A stretch of 64,000 nucleotides of DNA from the human T2T-CHM13v2.0 reference genome, Homo sapiens (GCF_009914755.1 NC_060929.1); one strand, 5' to 3'. Positions 15,325 to 30,360 are shown, counted from the stretch's first letter. Notes: generated by a model from the sequence alone, not told the origin. Program-made: numbers and translations.

Positions 15325-18300
15325 TCAGCTCCATAATCCTTACTACAAAATGCACATAATCTGGCATATTCACAGCCTTCAAGTTGAAATGGAAGCTTTC
15401 ATCAAGTTCATCAAATTACACAAATCACACATGACAAAGGAGAGACCACAAAGCTGGTGTACAATTGTTTAATAATTTATATGTTAATATTGGTAAACTA
15501 AAGCCAAATATAAAAATGAAACATATCATCAATGACATCTTCAGATAATAAGGATAAGATTATTATTTTAAAACTGTAAATTTAGATAAACTGAGGTCTG
15601 TATAATTCATGGTAATATTTCCTATCTTTCTCTATATATTATTCATATATGTACATTTTAAATATATTTTTGAAATTAGGGATTTTTCAAAGTTTTTTTT
15701 TTTTTAATTAAAATAGTGATTTTAAATATACCTATACCTGTTTAAATATATCTGTAAAATGTTCAGGTTATGACACACTTTAAATAACTAAAATTCATCT
15801 TAAACCGTATCTTCTACCACATCATTTACATGTGCAGGAGATAACTGCAGATAAGACTGAAGAAGGATGGAAGCTGAAGGTTTACAGAGAACAAAGTTTT
15901 TGATACTTCCAACTGTGAAAACACTTTAAGTATTCAGAAGAAAAGGTTGTATCATAAAATTATATATATGTGTTCACATTTAAAACCTCAATATTCTATA
16001 AAGATCTGAATTAAAATTAACTTAGAAAGTAATTTTGTCTTATGAGATGACTGAATGGAACTATTAAACACATAACTTATTCATATGATTTTATTTTTAT
16101 ATATCTTTGCAGGAAAAGGTATATGTAAAATGAGGTAGAACTAAATCAGTGATTCTTAACCCAGAATCACTACACTGTAATAGAAATATGAATGTGATTC
16201 CAGTGGTACATGTAACTCTAAAATTAAATACAAATTCTCTGTGTGATTATGTATATATCCAGAGTTTCCATAAGAGCTCTGCTACATCTACTTAGACTCT
16301 TGGATGATTCCAGAACTGCTAATAGAGTGAAACACACAAACCTTTTAGAAAATAAATTTCACTAAGAAGAAAAAGAAATGAAGTTCTAATTGTGTTGGTA
16401 ATGTCCCAGTCCCACCCACACATCACGAGAGAGAGAAAAAGAAATTCCAAGAAGGATTTGATAATTTCAAGGAACAAAGTGCTCAGGAGATATATTCACT
16501 GACCAATTCCCCAAGTGCTCATGTGTGAGCAATTCAAAAATTCTAAAAATACTATTCAGTGACATCTCAATAGTTCTTCAAAATATGAGATTGAAAAACA
16601 AGGCCTTTTTCCAAGTCACTCTCTTAAATATGGTTAACATTTTCATTACACAATAATTTTGAAGAGTTTTTGAGCCTATGGATACCTTAGTTACCAAAAT
16701 ACTATGAATGTGAGCTTCTGTAGTCATTAAAGAATAAAGATGACTAATTATTAATTTAAAGGTTATGAAAACACTCTTAAATATTAATGACTAAACACAC
16801 TAACTGATAGGTTGTGTTTGGACTAACACTGACAGCAAGCTTCTTGTGAAGTCTGCTGGTCAAGTTACCAAATCAGAGGTGCAGAAAGACAAGAAAATTC
16901 TCAAAAATGCTTCCACAAGAAGAATCCTTGAAGTAATTTAGGCATCTAACCTCAAAAAAAAAAAAAAATAAGGTTTAATGGAGGAAATTATTGCTGTATT
17001 CTCTTGCATTATCAAGGCTAAGAAAGATTATTAGAATTATTTTGTATCTTTCTGGCAACATGCCTCATACCAAAGGGAGGAAGTGGCAGGGAAACAATTC
17101 ATTACAAAGAATATTTTTCTAAAAATGAGTCCTAGGCAACAAGGAAAGAGCTTGTCTTACGAGTTGATGTTCTCTCCCGAAAAGGCAATTTTAAGCATTG
17201 AGAATGTTCTGAGATGGATTTCTGCAGAGTAGGAAGTTGGATTCTTATATATAGGAAATCCCTGTCAGTACTTAAATTCTACGATTCTATGATTTATTAA
17301 GAATAGCCACTTGTGACCACATAGGGCACAACCTGAAAACAGGGCAGCCGCCTAAGAGAAGGCCCTTAAATAGTTATGAGTGAATGCCCAATGTGAGGTG
17401 AAGAAAGGGAGAGGTCATTAGAAAGGAAGTTGTGTACAAAACACAAGATTTTACTGCCTTGGTGAATTTTGAACCACAGCCAAATTACTTTCTTCTCTGA
17501 GAAGATATGAGGAAGAGAATAAAACTCTTCAAGGCAACAGCATGATATAAATCCAAAGCATTTTCATACTTTGGGAACGTGCTTGCATGCAGAAGTGTGA
17601 GCCGGGGGAGGAATCTTGGGTGATAAGAAAAACACGTCAGCAGGGCAGAGTGGTGAATGGCCTTCAAGATAAGGATAAGTAATTGAAATTGGTTAGGAAA
17701 GCAACAGGGAGCCAGAAGAAGGAATTGAAATGAGTAATGGGAAGCCAGAAGATTAGAAAAGCTAGACGGATTACCTTGGGAAGCAGGATTTTGAGATGGT
17801 AATGGCCAAAGGGGAGATTGTAGAATCAAGACAGGAAACAAAAAGACAAGGATGGATAGACCTATTCCCGAAACAGGAATAGTACCTTCATGAGGTCCCA
17901 GAGAGGCAGTTTGTAATAACAAAAATGAGGCCTTCACTGAAGCTTGGGAGTTATATAACACTGATCTAGGATGGCATGCTTACCTGTCACCGTTGCTTGG
18001 TATCCATCAGGAAATGTTTGTTGCATGAATGAAGAAAAAGACACAGTTCCATTCTACATAAAATAATCATTCAAAATCACCAATTTGGGAAACAACAATC
18101 AACTATTAGATTGTTAAAATGTTGATAGTTTGTGAACCTTTTTTTTTTTTTTTTTTTTTTTTTTTAGCAATGACCCAATGTCACTGTAGTGTTTCTTCAG
18201 AACTGCTTAGACTTTTGTGTAGAAGTAAAAGAAAAGACCATCAGTTCTTAAGGTCTGAGCCTGAAAACAAACGTTCTTTATTTTGAATTTGTTTTCAATG

Positions 18301-19206
18301 TACAAAAGGTTTACATGAAAAATACAGGCAGGCTAATATTGCAAACAACATGTAATTTCAAAGAGGAAAAATATTCAGTACTTTCCCTCTCACTTTTTAA
18401 ATTAGATTCAGTAACATGATTAACTCTTACCTACATGTTTTCAGAACTAAGATGAATAAATTAGAGGGGTGGTTCAATTTAAAACACCTTTTCCTTTTAG
18501 TAAATCTAATGTTTATGGTAGTCAATAAAAGAATTGCTCTTTTAGTCATAGAAAAGCCTCAGAAGCTCTTCTAATTCTTCTATTCTGTTGATTGATGCAA
18601 ATTATCTCTACAGGGAATTAATTTTAATAGTTAATGAAATGAGGAGGCTGAAGATGCAGAAATCAGTGCCTTGAGTTATCTTTGTGTGTCTGCAAGGGCT
18701 AACTCTGCACTCTGCTGTATAGCCAGCAATGACAAGTATCCTGAATTGACTGAGGAACAATCTGAAAAAAATTCACAGGAATCTTAAAAGACTCAGCAGC
18801 CTTTAGCCAATATCCATTCTTAAGTGTGATTTAAGTGACACTTCCAAGTCTTATTAAAAAAAATAAGTAAACATAACTTTAAATACCTAAGATTTCTGGT
18901 TAGTAACATCTACCATGTTTAATGTTATGGTCGATTTTATTGTAGCAGCTTGATAAAAGATCACTACTTAATAAGTAAGGTCATTCTATTACCAATTTGA
19001 AATGTTGATTTCATATATCTATGCACTCACTTCTCCATAATTTGATGTTTTTGTGGTTGCCTCAGAAGCTGTGCAATAGCTAAATAAAGAAGAAAAAATG
19101 TGACTAACCAGGCAACAGCCCAGCCCAAATGAATGTGTTGTAGTTTTTATAAAGTGCTATTTGTATAAATTCATTAATAAACTTTTATTTTATAAAAATA
19201 ATTGTT

Positions 19207-19566
<360 letters not shown>

Positions 19567-20067
19567 TCAATAGACTGTTTCATTCTTTCTCAACCTCTAA
19601 TACAGAAAACAAAGATCTTTTATGTCATATTTAGTGCATGCTCAATAAATGTTCTTTATTTTTTCTTTTCTTTAACACCGAGTGAAAAAATAATTTTATC
19701 TGACCTTCCTTCCAAAATTTTATTTGGCTGACAGAATGCTAGGCTTACATAGACAGGGAAGGTCACATGGAGTACTTGGGTCATTCAATATATGAAACTT
19801 TTCCGTGGAAAATATTAATAATTATAATTGTTGAGTGTAATAATAATCCATATCTTGACATTAAAAGAATTGCTGAGTTTTATGAAAATGATTATTTCCC
19901 TTCCTTCCTTATAATAACTAATGGCCTAATTCTAATTCTTAAAAGTATTTTTGGAGAAGCACTAGATTAGGAGACAGAAAGAAAGAAAAAAAGATAGAAT
20001 AAAAGAAGGAAGGATTCTATCCACCTGGCATTTCTCAGTGTCTGCTGGTTCCAAAATATAGCACCAT

Positions 20068-20477
20068 TTGTAGTGGATGATGTGAAGATTCCCCTTCAAG
20101 AATGAAAGACTCATTTTCCTAGATTCTACAAGTGCTCTCAGCTGTCAGCCCTCTGTAAATTGCCTTAGCTAAAGAGCACCATTTTGTTCCAGCATCTACT
20201 ATCAAGTGACCAAGGATATAAAGGCCTAACCCTCTCACCCGAATTTAGGACAACTCTCAAGGGCATGCCAGCTTCGGAACTGTCTATTGGCTCTGCTGAG
20301 GCCTTCCTCAAGACTGCATTGCAGACCAACTTCTTCTATCTGGTCCCATAATTCTGCCTTCTTCCCTCCCCTCCATAGGTGTTGGTCCCAAGAACGGTCT
20401 CATATATGCCTCTTGCTACCCCATCTCTTCTTCCTCAGAGGCAATCTTCTTCTCTTGGAAACCTAATCTGTGAAGCA
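20068..20477 (+). mobile_element. ERVL solo LTR (LTR16-like)
   Basis: TGTAGTGGATG…GATTCCCCTTCAAG…CTCTCAGCTG start and GGAAACCTAATCT end resemble LTR16 family. Confidence 0.6.
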
Positions 20478-21441
20478 CTCACTGAGAACACTGAAAGTAC
20501 ACCATTAGTCTCTGCCTGTGGCCATTCATTCCTTAAAAGAGTTTACTATTAAAATTAAGCTACTGAAAAAATGAACCTTAGACAAATTTTCACTTCTCCA
20601 TAATTCCCCTTATGTACATCTATCTCCTTTGATAGAATGCCACATAAGCATTCACACATATCAGCCTAGATTCTTTGCTTGCCCAATATGTTTGCGTTGT
20701 GTGCTCAGGATGTGTAACAATAAGCATTTGGAGTACACTAAGAGAATTTGTCCCTGCAAAATATACGAAACTTTCACAGCTAATATTGATATCAATTTAA
20801 AATAGATATCAATGTTAACATAATTAAGAGGTGTGCATTTCACTGTGGCTTTTAAACTTTCCTTATGACTGTATATTTGTTTGAGAGATCTCAAGACTTT
20901 ATTGTTTACTCATTCTTTTTCCCAGAAGGGCAATTATAAAACCTTGTCTCCTCAACCATTCTTCAAATCTCAATACTTTCACTAATTGGAGCTCAGGAAA
21001 CACTCATTTCAACACTCAATTCAGATCTTATTGCATGTTTTTTTTTTTTAATTCCATCAAGGAAACTGTCAGAAATATAAATGCAATTAACATAGGATTG
21101 ACAAACAAAATGCTGAATTCTTTTATTTAGTAAGCCAGTGATTCTCTCCATGCCAAGTAAATATCTTAGTATTGCACAGCACATAAACTGAACTTATCCA
21201 ACTGTTTGGTTATGCAAAACAAATCCATTGATATTTAATAATAGTAATTAAAATTTAAGTGTCACATTCCAGAAACATTTCCATCCAAAAAAAGACACTT
21301 TATAGAAATACTAATTTTTTAAACTGAAAGATATCATCCAACATTTCAAAACTGAAACTTGTAAAATACAACTATTGGTTAGGTCTACATAGATGCATAC
21401 TGAACTGACTATTCTTCAAATAATGTTAGCAAAAAAAAAAA

Positions 21442-21682
<241 letters not shown>

Positions 21683-22024
21683 TGAGACTGTAATGTAACT
21701 AAATTCCTAAGAGATCATTTGAATCCACCGTAGTGAAAGTGATGTTTATACGTAGAAGTGGGGTGTGGTATAAATAAACAATAAGCAGGACATAGTACTC
21801 TGTAGGACTGGAGATTCAGTGACAAGTCAAACAAGAAAGGAGGAGAGAATTCATACTTCAGAACACTTCCTATTAGCAATTATTGCACATAGGATTTGTC
21901 CCAATTCTGCATTTGCCCAGTTTATTCTCAGAAAATACTTCAAAATTATGAAATTGGAACAATTACTTCAAATGTATGCTTAACTATAATTCTAAATTAA
22001 TTCATTATAATATCTATTTATGAG

Positions 22025-22156
22025 TGGGGAAGGAGAAAAGAGTGGAAAGGGAAAGAGAGGAGGGAAGAAGGAAGAGGAAAAGGGGGAAAGAAGAAGAAGG
22101 GAAGAGAGAGAAGGGGAGAGGAGAAGGGTGGGAGGGGAGGGGAAAAAGGGAGGGGA
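22025..22156. repeat. GA-rich low-complexity purine tract
   Basis: Directly visible; continues after the adjacent Alu (22455-22503). Confidence 0.85.
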
Positions 22157-22453
22157 GGCCAGGTGTGGTGGCTCACCCCTATAATCCTAGCACTTTGGGA
22201 GGGTGAGGCCTGCAGATCCCTTAAGCCCAGGAGTTCAAGCCCAGCCTGCACAACCTGGTGGAACACCGTCTCTACAAAATATGTAAAAATTAGCCAGGCA
22301 TGGTGCCATGCACTTGTATTCCCAGCTACTCTGGAGGCTGAGGTGTGAGAATGGCTTAAGCCCATGAGGCGGAGGTTGCAGTGAGCTGAGATACTGCTAC
22401 TGAACTCAGCTTGGGCAACAGAGCCAGACCAAGTCTCAAATAAATAAATAAAA
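22157..22453 (+). mobile_element. AluJ
   Basis: Diverged dimer, GCCCAGGAGTTCAAG, (TAAA)n tail. Confidence 0.9.
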
Positions 22454-22804
22454 TGGGAAGAGGAAAGGGAGCACAGGGGAGGGGAGGAAGGGAGAGGGAA
22501 GAATAAAATAACAATGACTTTTATCATCTAGCGTTTTTCAGTACTTGCTAGTTCCAGACTATAGTACCATATACAAAAGAGTTGAGAGTTGCTCACCTAT
22601 TACCTGCCCCTGGTCATTCATCCTTGACAAAAGCATCAGTTTACTGACAGACTTTGTGGTTTGAGGTACTTTGTTAGCACAATTGCCTCCCATCCTATCT
22701 GTAGGTGTTGATTTGTATCAGGAAGGTCATGACTGGTTCCTCCCAAACTATTGGTCCAATAAATGAGGAGGGGCCACTACTTAGGAAAATTGTTCTATAT
22801 TTAG

Positions 22805-23345
22805 TTTTAACACCTTTATAGAGATGCAACTGAAATACCACACAATCTGCCTGTTTAAAATGTACAATTCAGTGACATTAGTGCATTCACAGAGTTGTGC
22901 CTCCATTAACACAATTTAGAATATTTTCAGTACACCCCCCAAACCCTTTGACCCTCAATCTTCAATCCCCCATACCCCCTCCAACCCTAGGCAATCATTA
23001 ATCCACTATAGACTTGTCTATAGTGGACATTTCACTTAAATGGAATCATGAAATTATGTCATTCCGGCTTCTTTCATTTAGCATAATGTTTTCAAGGTTT
23101 ATACATGTAATAGCATGCATTGATACTGAATTCTTTATTGTTGAATAATATTCCATTGTATGAATATACCACATTTGTTTATCCATCAGCTGATGGCTAT
23201 TTGGATTGTTTCCACTTTTTGGCTATTAAGAATAATGTTGCTGTGAACATTTGTCTATGTATTTTCAATTCTTTTGGGTATATACCTAGAAGTAGAATTG
23301 CTGGATCATATAACTCTGTGTTTAACAATTTGAGGAACTACAATA
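22805..23345 (-). mobile_element. L1MB-like 3'UTR fragment
   Basis: TTTAAAATGTACAATTCAGTG…GGACATTTCA…TTCATTTAGCATAATGTTTTCAAGGTT…GGTATATACCTAGAAGTAGAATTGCTGGATCATA. Confidence 0.8.
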
Positions 23346-23793
23346 TTCTATGTTTTTTTTCAACCATTGCCATATATTAAAAAAAAAATTCTCTGAAAAA
23401 AAAATTAATGCCAAATTCTGTCAGTATTGGTTCAGTTTGCGGCCACACATCTTAGACCAAAGCTCCTACTTAAAATTGTCTTAGTTGTTTAATGAATTAA
23501 CACTGTAAGAGCTTGATGTGCAAAAGAGATTCGTTAGCTAGTCTTTCTTCTTGATACAATGTTCCAAATATTGCCAATAAAAATTAACTTAATTCCTTGA
23601 AGGTAGAAGCACTTACTGATAAGTTCCTCACTGCAATACCTTTAGTGTTTTTTTGTTGTTCTGGAACTTCAATATAAAATGTAATGTTGGAAAAGTAATG
23701 CCACTAATAAAAATATGCAATATTTTACATCCTTGTAATTGTTTACAACTTATCAGTAACTCCAACCTGAACATATTCACTTCACCCTTAGAG

Positions 23794-24004
23794 CAGTCAT
23801 TTCCAACCTGCTTTATTTTGCTGTTATTGTTGATGAGTTTGTTCTGTTTTGTTTTATTTTAGGCTTTAGCAGCCAGAAGCCATGGTTTTTAGCTTCTGTC
23901 TCTGTTGATAAGTGGAAAAGAGGGATGAGGAAGGAGCTTTTCTGGCCCAACCAGAAACAGAAACTAAGAACCCATGACTGTATTTTCTCCCTTGGACACC
24001 CCCA
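23794..24004 (-). mobile_element. hAT-Charlie MITE (MER107/MER30-type termini)
   Basis: Termini CAGTCATTTCCAACC / TTGGACACCCCCA resemble MER30-family TIRs; perfect 8-bp TSD CCTTAGAG at 23786-23793 and 24005-24012. Confidence 0.8.
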
Positions 24005-24244
24005 CCTTAGAGCATTTAAGTTAAAACTTCTCTAATAGAAATGATAAAATCAAGATTTAAGCAGGCTAAGCGCTTCCAAATATTAAATAGATAGTTACAC
24101 AGCTGGCTGGAACTTCATACTCCAAAGTTCAAGTCTAGATCACTTCAAGTTATGTCTGTTCTAGGAGTTAAAGGAATAGTGCCCGGCTATGTTCATTTGT
24201 CCAGTCTCTACTGTCACCTTGCCTTTTTACTTCCCCCCTCCTCC

Positions 24245-24531
24245 TACACACACAATACTCAAGTCACATACTCAATTCATGCATATGCAGACACAGCAAG
24301 TGCATACACCACACACACGTTTTCTATATACCACAGACACAGATGTACATTCCTCATACACAATCACCTCACAGACACACACATCCCACATACAGACACC
24401 TCACACACACTTCAGTCACAAAAAAACTCATGCACAGGACATTCAAATATACACACATCACACACAGACTTCACATACACATTCACACCTTACACACACA
24501 TACAATAAACTCACATATATACACACTCACA
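24245..24531. repeat. Degenerate (CA)-rich low-complexity tract
   Basis: Directly visible; source of the His/Thr-rich spurious ORFs. Confidence 0.9.
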
Positions 24532-24943
24532 GAAGGGAAGAAAAGTTGTGAGTTTGCACCACCAGATTACAACGTATTGGACCAAGTTTTCTAGGGAGGG
24601 GAAGTTATGTGACAAGGACACTCATCCAAATCTCTCTTAATCTTCCTTTCTCCAGTGCTGGCCAGGTAAGTGGAGTCAAGATATGCTTTCAATCTTATTA
24701 GAAACCATCTGTTAAGTCCACGTGTCATGTGGCTGACCAGAAAGCAGTTATAGCCAATGACACAGATCTGCTCTTAGGGGAAAGAAAGTAGGGGTCCCTA
24801 TCTCAAATCTAAACCACAGGCAGGATGCAGCATAGGAGGATGTGGGCATTCCTAACCCCTTAGCCATATTGTCACCACTACGTGTGAGAACTGTAGGAAG
24901 TTTCTTAAACTTTGAAACGTCAGCATATTTATTATGGTAATAA

Positions 24944-25620
24944 TACTTATTGGCAAGTTAGGGGAAAAAATCACAAGTCTTGTATGGAATTGGGTGATTC
25001 TGCAGAGTTGCAATTGTGACAAATAAATTATACTTTCTGAGACACTCTTCAGTTTTAGCAATTACAATAGCAAATAATTATTATTCATAACAGTATTAAC
25101 ATAGCAAATGGTCATATTCCTTATAGAGATAGCATTTCCAAGAAGTCTTTAACTTTTTTTCTAATTTGTCATTTCAGTCTCTCAGAAAACATTGTCTTCT
25201 ACAATACCTGCCTTTTACAGTTGTCCTAAGGCCTAAGATCAAATACACCACATAAAATATGAGGCACGTGGCAAGAATTCAATAAATGGTAGCTACTACT
25301 ACTATTACAGCTATTTTCATCCCAACCAAATATATACTTGGAAATGTAATTGCAACACAAGATATTTTGAGATATTGAAAGGACAAATTTGAAAAACAAA
25401 ATAAAGACTACTCGGAAGTGCTGTCTCTATAAGGAATATGACCATTTGCTATGTTATGAATACTGTTATAAATAATAATTCTTTGCTATTTTAATTGCTA
25501 AAATTGAAGATTGTCTCAGAAAGTGTAACTTGTCACAATTGTTAACACCATTGCAACTCTGCAGAATCATACAATTCCATACAAGGCTTGTGATTTTTTC
25601 CCCCATCTTGCCAATAAGTA
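24944..25620. repeat. Long imperfect inverted repeat: arms 24944-25195 and 25357-25620, spacer ~160 bp
   Basis: TACTTATTGGCAAG…CATAGCAAATGGTCATATTCCTTATAGAGA on the left is the reverse complement of TCTCTATAAGGAATATGACCATTTGCTATG…CTTGCCAATAAGTA on the right. Confidence 0.95.
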
Positions 25621-26354
25621 GATTTTTTTCATCACCAATAAATTAAGGCTATGCCTGTGCCTTACTCTCCAAATCATTAGAGCTCAAATGAATCTAAATC
25701 ACTGAACAGATTAAAGTTTTAGATAAAAAATAAATGTCATCATTTACTTTCTAAAAATAACAGCAACTCTGCATATTTCCCTGTAAGCTTATAGTAATTA
25801 TGCCATTCATATATACTATCTAAACATTTATATATAGTATATACATAGAACATGTATACAATCTATATACTTTAACTCAATGAGGAGATATTGCTAACCT
25901 ATTGATATTTAATTCTTGCAGAATATTATTCAATAAAATCGCAATTCTTCTTCAAACTAGTTCACACTTATGTTATTAGTTAGCTCACAACAGCAGCTTA
26001 ATAAAATAAATTAAAAGATAGTAAGTCTCCAAAGAGTGCTAATACATTCCGCATGTTATAATAAGGCTTTTTCTGAATCACACTTTTATTGTACAAACAC
26101 TGTTTAACATTTAGCAATCCAAATTTAATCAATGTTTTGTGTTATTCCTCTGCAAATTAACACAACTCTTATCACAGATACTGAAATATTTGAATTTCCT
26201 TATTACATAAAAATTCCTGTTGGCTTTAACCTCCCTATGTAAACTTATAAACTGGTTTAAGGGAAAACTGAAATAATCCTTTGCTAAATTATACTTAAGG
26301 TGAAGCTTAATAAACGCATATTAAGTAGAAAGCAACGTAAAAAAGAATAATTAC

Positions 26355-26590
26355 AAATATACCATTTACTGTTCGCTTACTCTATGCCAGGTATAAGGAT
26401 AACAAATTTTTAAATATATCTTATTTAATCCTTTAAAAAAGCATGATAGTGATATTATTTTCTGCAACTTATAGATTAAAAAAAAACCATGAATCTCTGA
26501 GTATATTATTTACTAAAGTCTCACACCTAGAAAGTGTTGATCCTGGGTTGCTGAATTAAAACCCTCAAGTCTGGAAACTCTATTCCATCT
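26355..26590 (-). mobile_element. MIR
   Basis: CATTTACTG…GCTTACTCTATGCCAGG…TTATTTAATCCTT…TCACACCTAGAAAGTG; boundaries approximate. Confidence 0.65.
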
Positions 26591-26596
26591 ACCTAA

Positions 26597-26896
<300 letters not shown>

Positions 26897-27089
26897 GAAA
26901 GCCAGATTTTAAAATGAGCAATTGGGTGTTTGATGTTGCCCAAAGGACTCCAGCAGTCAACAAATATACATTGCCAATGCCAAAGATATTCCTTTATTGC
27001 ATGGTTTAAAAAGTTGGTTGAGATCTTTATAAATAAAAAAGTGTGTGTGAGTGTTCGTGTGTGTGTGTGTGTGTTTCAAGAAAAGTTTC

Positions 27090-27250
27090 AGCCAAGCAGG
27101 TGGCTCACATCTGTAATGCCAATGCTTTAGGAGGCTGAGGTGGGAGAATCACTTGATCCCAGGGGTTTGAGGGTACGGTGAGCTATGACTGCACCACTGC
27201 ACTCCAGTCTGGGCAACAGAGTGCCTCTGTCTCTCTAAAACATAAAAGAA
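27090..27250 (+). mobile_element. Alu monomer (FRAM-like), preceded by (TG)n at 27041-27074
   Basis: Single right-arm-type monomer with A-rich tail. Confidence 0.8.
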
Positions 27251-28135
27251 ATTTTAATGCGACTTAAATTTTTAAGGTCAAGCCTTCTCTGTACAATGAA
27301 AACCTATGCAATCCAAGGAGATTTTCACCGTCAAAGGAGATCCTTATACTGGGAAGGGATATGTTGAATCAGTAAATAAAAGCAACTTTTGCAGATTTTC
27401 AACAAATGCCTAATGGGAGAATTTGCTTAGAATGAATCACTTGGGTGGGTGAACAAACTTACTGGTTCTGCATCAGCAAACATAGAGTAAATAGTGTCTT
27501 AATTTTCTTTCCAAAGACCAGAAGAATTTTGAAAAGAAAAATAAAACCCTAAAATATTGTTATGTCACACAAGAAGTGGAAGTAAACAGGCAGAAAAAAC
27601 TTCTAAAGCTAAGCACTTAGGAACTGAGTGTTAGTAAAGAGAAACAACCAACTGCATTTTGGTTTCCTCTGTAAGCTAGCTGAGTGGAGAAAACTGTGAA
27701 GAAAATGAAAATCACAACTGATAAGTGCTTTTCTTCTCAAGGTGTGGCCTCCAGGCCTTTCCGATAATTATGTCATAAGAAGAGATTAGGAGTCTTCGTA
27801 GGTAAGAAGTCTTAAGGACAGTCTATTCAAAAATGTTTTTCATTTGGTACTCTGTTACAGCTATCTCCTTTCTCTGACAGTGTCCAGCTACAGTAACATC
27901 TATATCAAACTGCCTAAAGAATTTTAGCAATATTTTGATAACTCATCTATCATAATGTTCCCTTGCCCAGCCATCAAAGGGCAATCCTTCTGCTACAGTG
28001 TGCACGAAATGGTCTGAACCACACCACACATCCTTGAGCTCTGAATGCATCAAGATACCAGCAGTTAGAAGATTCCTATTCTCTGACAACTCTCTCATAA
28101 CAAACTTGATTTATTAAAAAATAAATATTGAAGTA

Positions 28136-28450
28136 GGCCGGGCATGGTAGCTCATGCCTGCAATCTTACCACTTGGGGAGGCCGAGATGGGTGGATTGCT
28201 TGAACTCAGGAGTTTGAGACTCACCTGGGCAACATGGCGAGGCCCCATCTCTACTGAAAATGCAAAAATTAGTCAAGTGTGGTGGCATACACCTGTAGAC
28301 TCAGCTACTCACGAGGCTAAGGTACAAGAATCACTTGAACCCAGAAGGCAGAGGCTGGCTGCATTGAGTCAAGATAATAGCACTGCACTCCAGCCTGGGC
28401 AACAGAGTCTCACTCTGTCGCCAAAATAAATAAATAAATAAATAAATAAA
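28136..28450 (+). mobile_element. AluJ with (TAAA)n tail
   Basis: Dimer; TSD AAATAAATATTGAA(G/T)TA. Confidence 0.93.
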
Positions 28451-29301
28451 TATTGAATTAGTAACTTTTGCATTTCATCCCTTGGTAATACATATTTCTT
28501 CTGAAGGTAATAGTATTTTATTCTAATGAACTCTTTCTGCCCCATGTTTAGTAAGCAGAGCTCATTTGTAACCATTTGGGCTTCAGACAAAAAGCTTTTC
28601 TAAGTTTTGTTTTTATGAAACCAATATTTAAAACCACTTCCTTTTATTTATTTTTTCTCTCTCAAAAACAAATGTCCATGAGGCTTCATTATTTTTTTCC
28701 TCCCTTTTCTAATTTCTTCTTTTTGAAAGTAATTTATTTTCTAAAATTGAAGAGCCACCTGACTACAGTTACTTTAGGGTAACTGAATGTGGTTGTGCTT
28801 TTGCCTTTTAAAGAGTTAGTTCTGACTACATTCATATAAGGCTTTGTTTTCAAGGATGTCTGGAATTCAAACCCCTGGGACTGAGAATATCACCCAGGAA
28901 AAAAAGATGCCAAATTGAACTAAAAGGCTACTTTACAATTTTGACCTGTGGATTTTATTTAATGAGGGACAATCAACAAGGCTAAGTAAAATAGTTCCTG
29001 GAATATGTCTGACAGTCATATGAATAGGATAAAAGCTGCTGAAACAGTGCTCAAAGCAAGTTATCACCAATTCTGAATTCTGAATATTGCACCTAAATTC
29101 ACAACGATAATAGCTATTTTTAAAAATACCACTCATTATGTCTTCAAACTCTAATCTACCACTCTTAGATCATAATGCCAAGAGTAACCCCTACTGGCCA
29201 GTCTATTTTATGGCTAATGCTGAAAGGATACAGGAGAAAGGGTGGTTTTACTGATATATTTATAATCCCAGGAGCAGTTTGCCAGCACTGCATTTTCATG
29301 A

Positions 29302-29307
<6 letters not shown>

Positions 29308-29334
<27 letters not shown>
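29308..29334. repeat. (TA)n microsatellite
   Basis: Directly visible. Confidence 0.95.
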
Positions 29335-29338
<4 letters not shown>

Positions 29339-30159
29339 TCATCTAGCTCCTCCAGTGATACTCCTGAAGATTTAACATACTTTACTTTTACAAAGTTTTA
29401 ATAACTATAAACATGTTGAACATTTTAAATTTCTGGCAATATAAATAATATTTCTAAATCAACAGATAAAAGGAATTCTGCTCACTTTAAATAGCTTTTC
29501 CTTAGTATTACTTTCTGAAGAGGGCAAATTATCAAATGATGTTTAAAAACTCCATTACCTGCTCCAAGTTAAGGGGCGAGACAGGGCACAGAATGAATAC
29601 AGTGGGGGTGTGTCATTAGGATGCTAATTTACACAACAAAAATTAATGACAGATAAAGTCAGCAGCATGTTGACATGTCCAGCCCACATGCCCTACATTT
29701 TGTCTACTTACAAAGTGACATATGACTCTAGATGTTTGCATAAGCAACATGGAGATTCCCTTCATTATTGCATGTTTAGGTTGCTAGTAATTGAGTCATA
29801 CTCCTGAGCTAAATTAGGTAAATAAACTTGTGTATAAGGAAGTTACCATGCAATCCTATTAATTTTCCATATCAAGATATCCAGGAATAAAGCAGAACTT
29901 AGACAGATTCTAGAAAAAATCACACATAGGGCAACATTCTCACTTCTTCCTGGCCCACTGCATCTCTTGCATTCTTTATGGGTTTGTAAAAATCAGGTTA
30001 AAATAAACTAAGTGTAGTTCATTTCACACAGGAAAGAAAGTATAAATGAGCGTTGTAGGCCAGGATAAAGCTGTGGCTGGGGATAGGCATTCTGTCCTGT
30101 TTGCCTGGGGTGCTAATTTTATGAACATTATATGCTATTATAGACTATATTATTGTTCT

Positions 30160-30360
30160 CAACAATTCACTCTTTTGCCACTTGAATGTTCAGGCGTTCT
30201 GGGAGGGGGGATATATTGCTGAGACCCATTGTCTGGTTAGCCACAAACTTGCTTGGGCTAATGGAATGTGAGTGGAGATGACAGTCTGTCATTTTAGATC
30301 AAAGGCTTTAAGAAGCATTACGTGCTTCCCCCAGCCTCTTGCTCTTTACCCTGGGCCACA
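30160..30360 (+). mobile_element. MLT1-type MaLR LTR fragment
   Basis: ACTTGCTTGGGCTAATGGAATGTGAGTGGAGATGAC…GCTTTAAGAAGC motif. Confidence 0.55.

Noticed and set aside
18425-18450. Second minus-strand AG|GTAAGA as a recursive site
   Set aside because: No pyrimidine tract upstream of the AG.
23794-24004. Hairpin-forming ~150-nt sequence with A-rich tail as a small-RNA retrocopy
   Set aside because: MER30-type terminal inverted repeats and a perfect 8-bp TSD indicate a hAT-Charlie MITE.
24152-24594. His/Thr-rich ORFs in three frames
   Set aside because: Artefact of CA-rich low-complexity DNA.
29663-29693. Three CATG cores as a p53 response element
   Set aside because: Half-site spacing and flanks are non-canonical (4 and 9 nt between cores).
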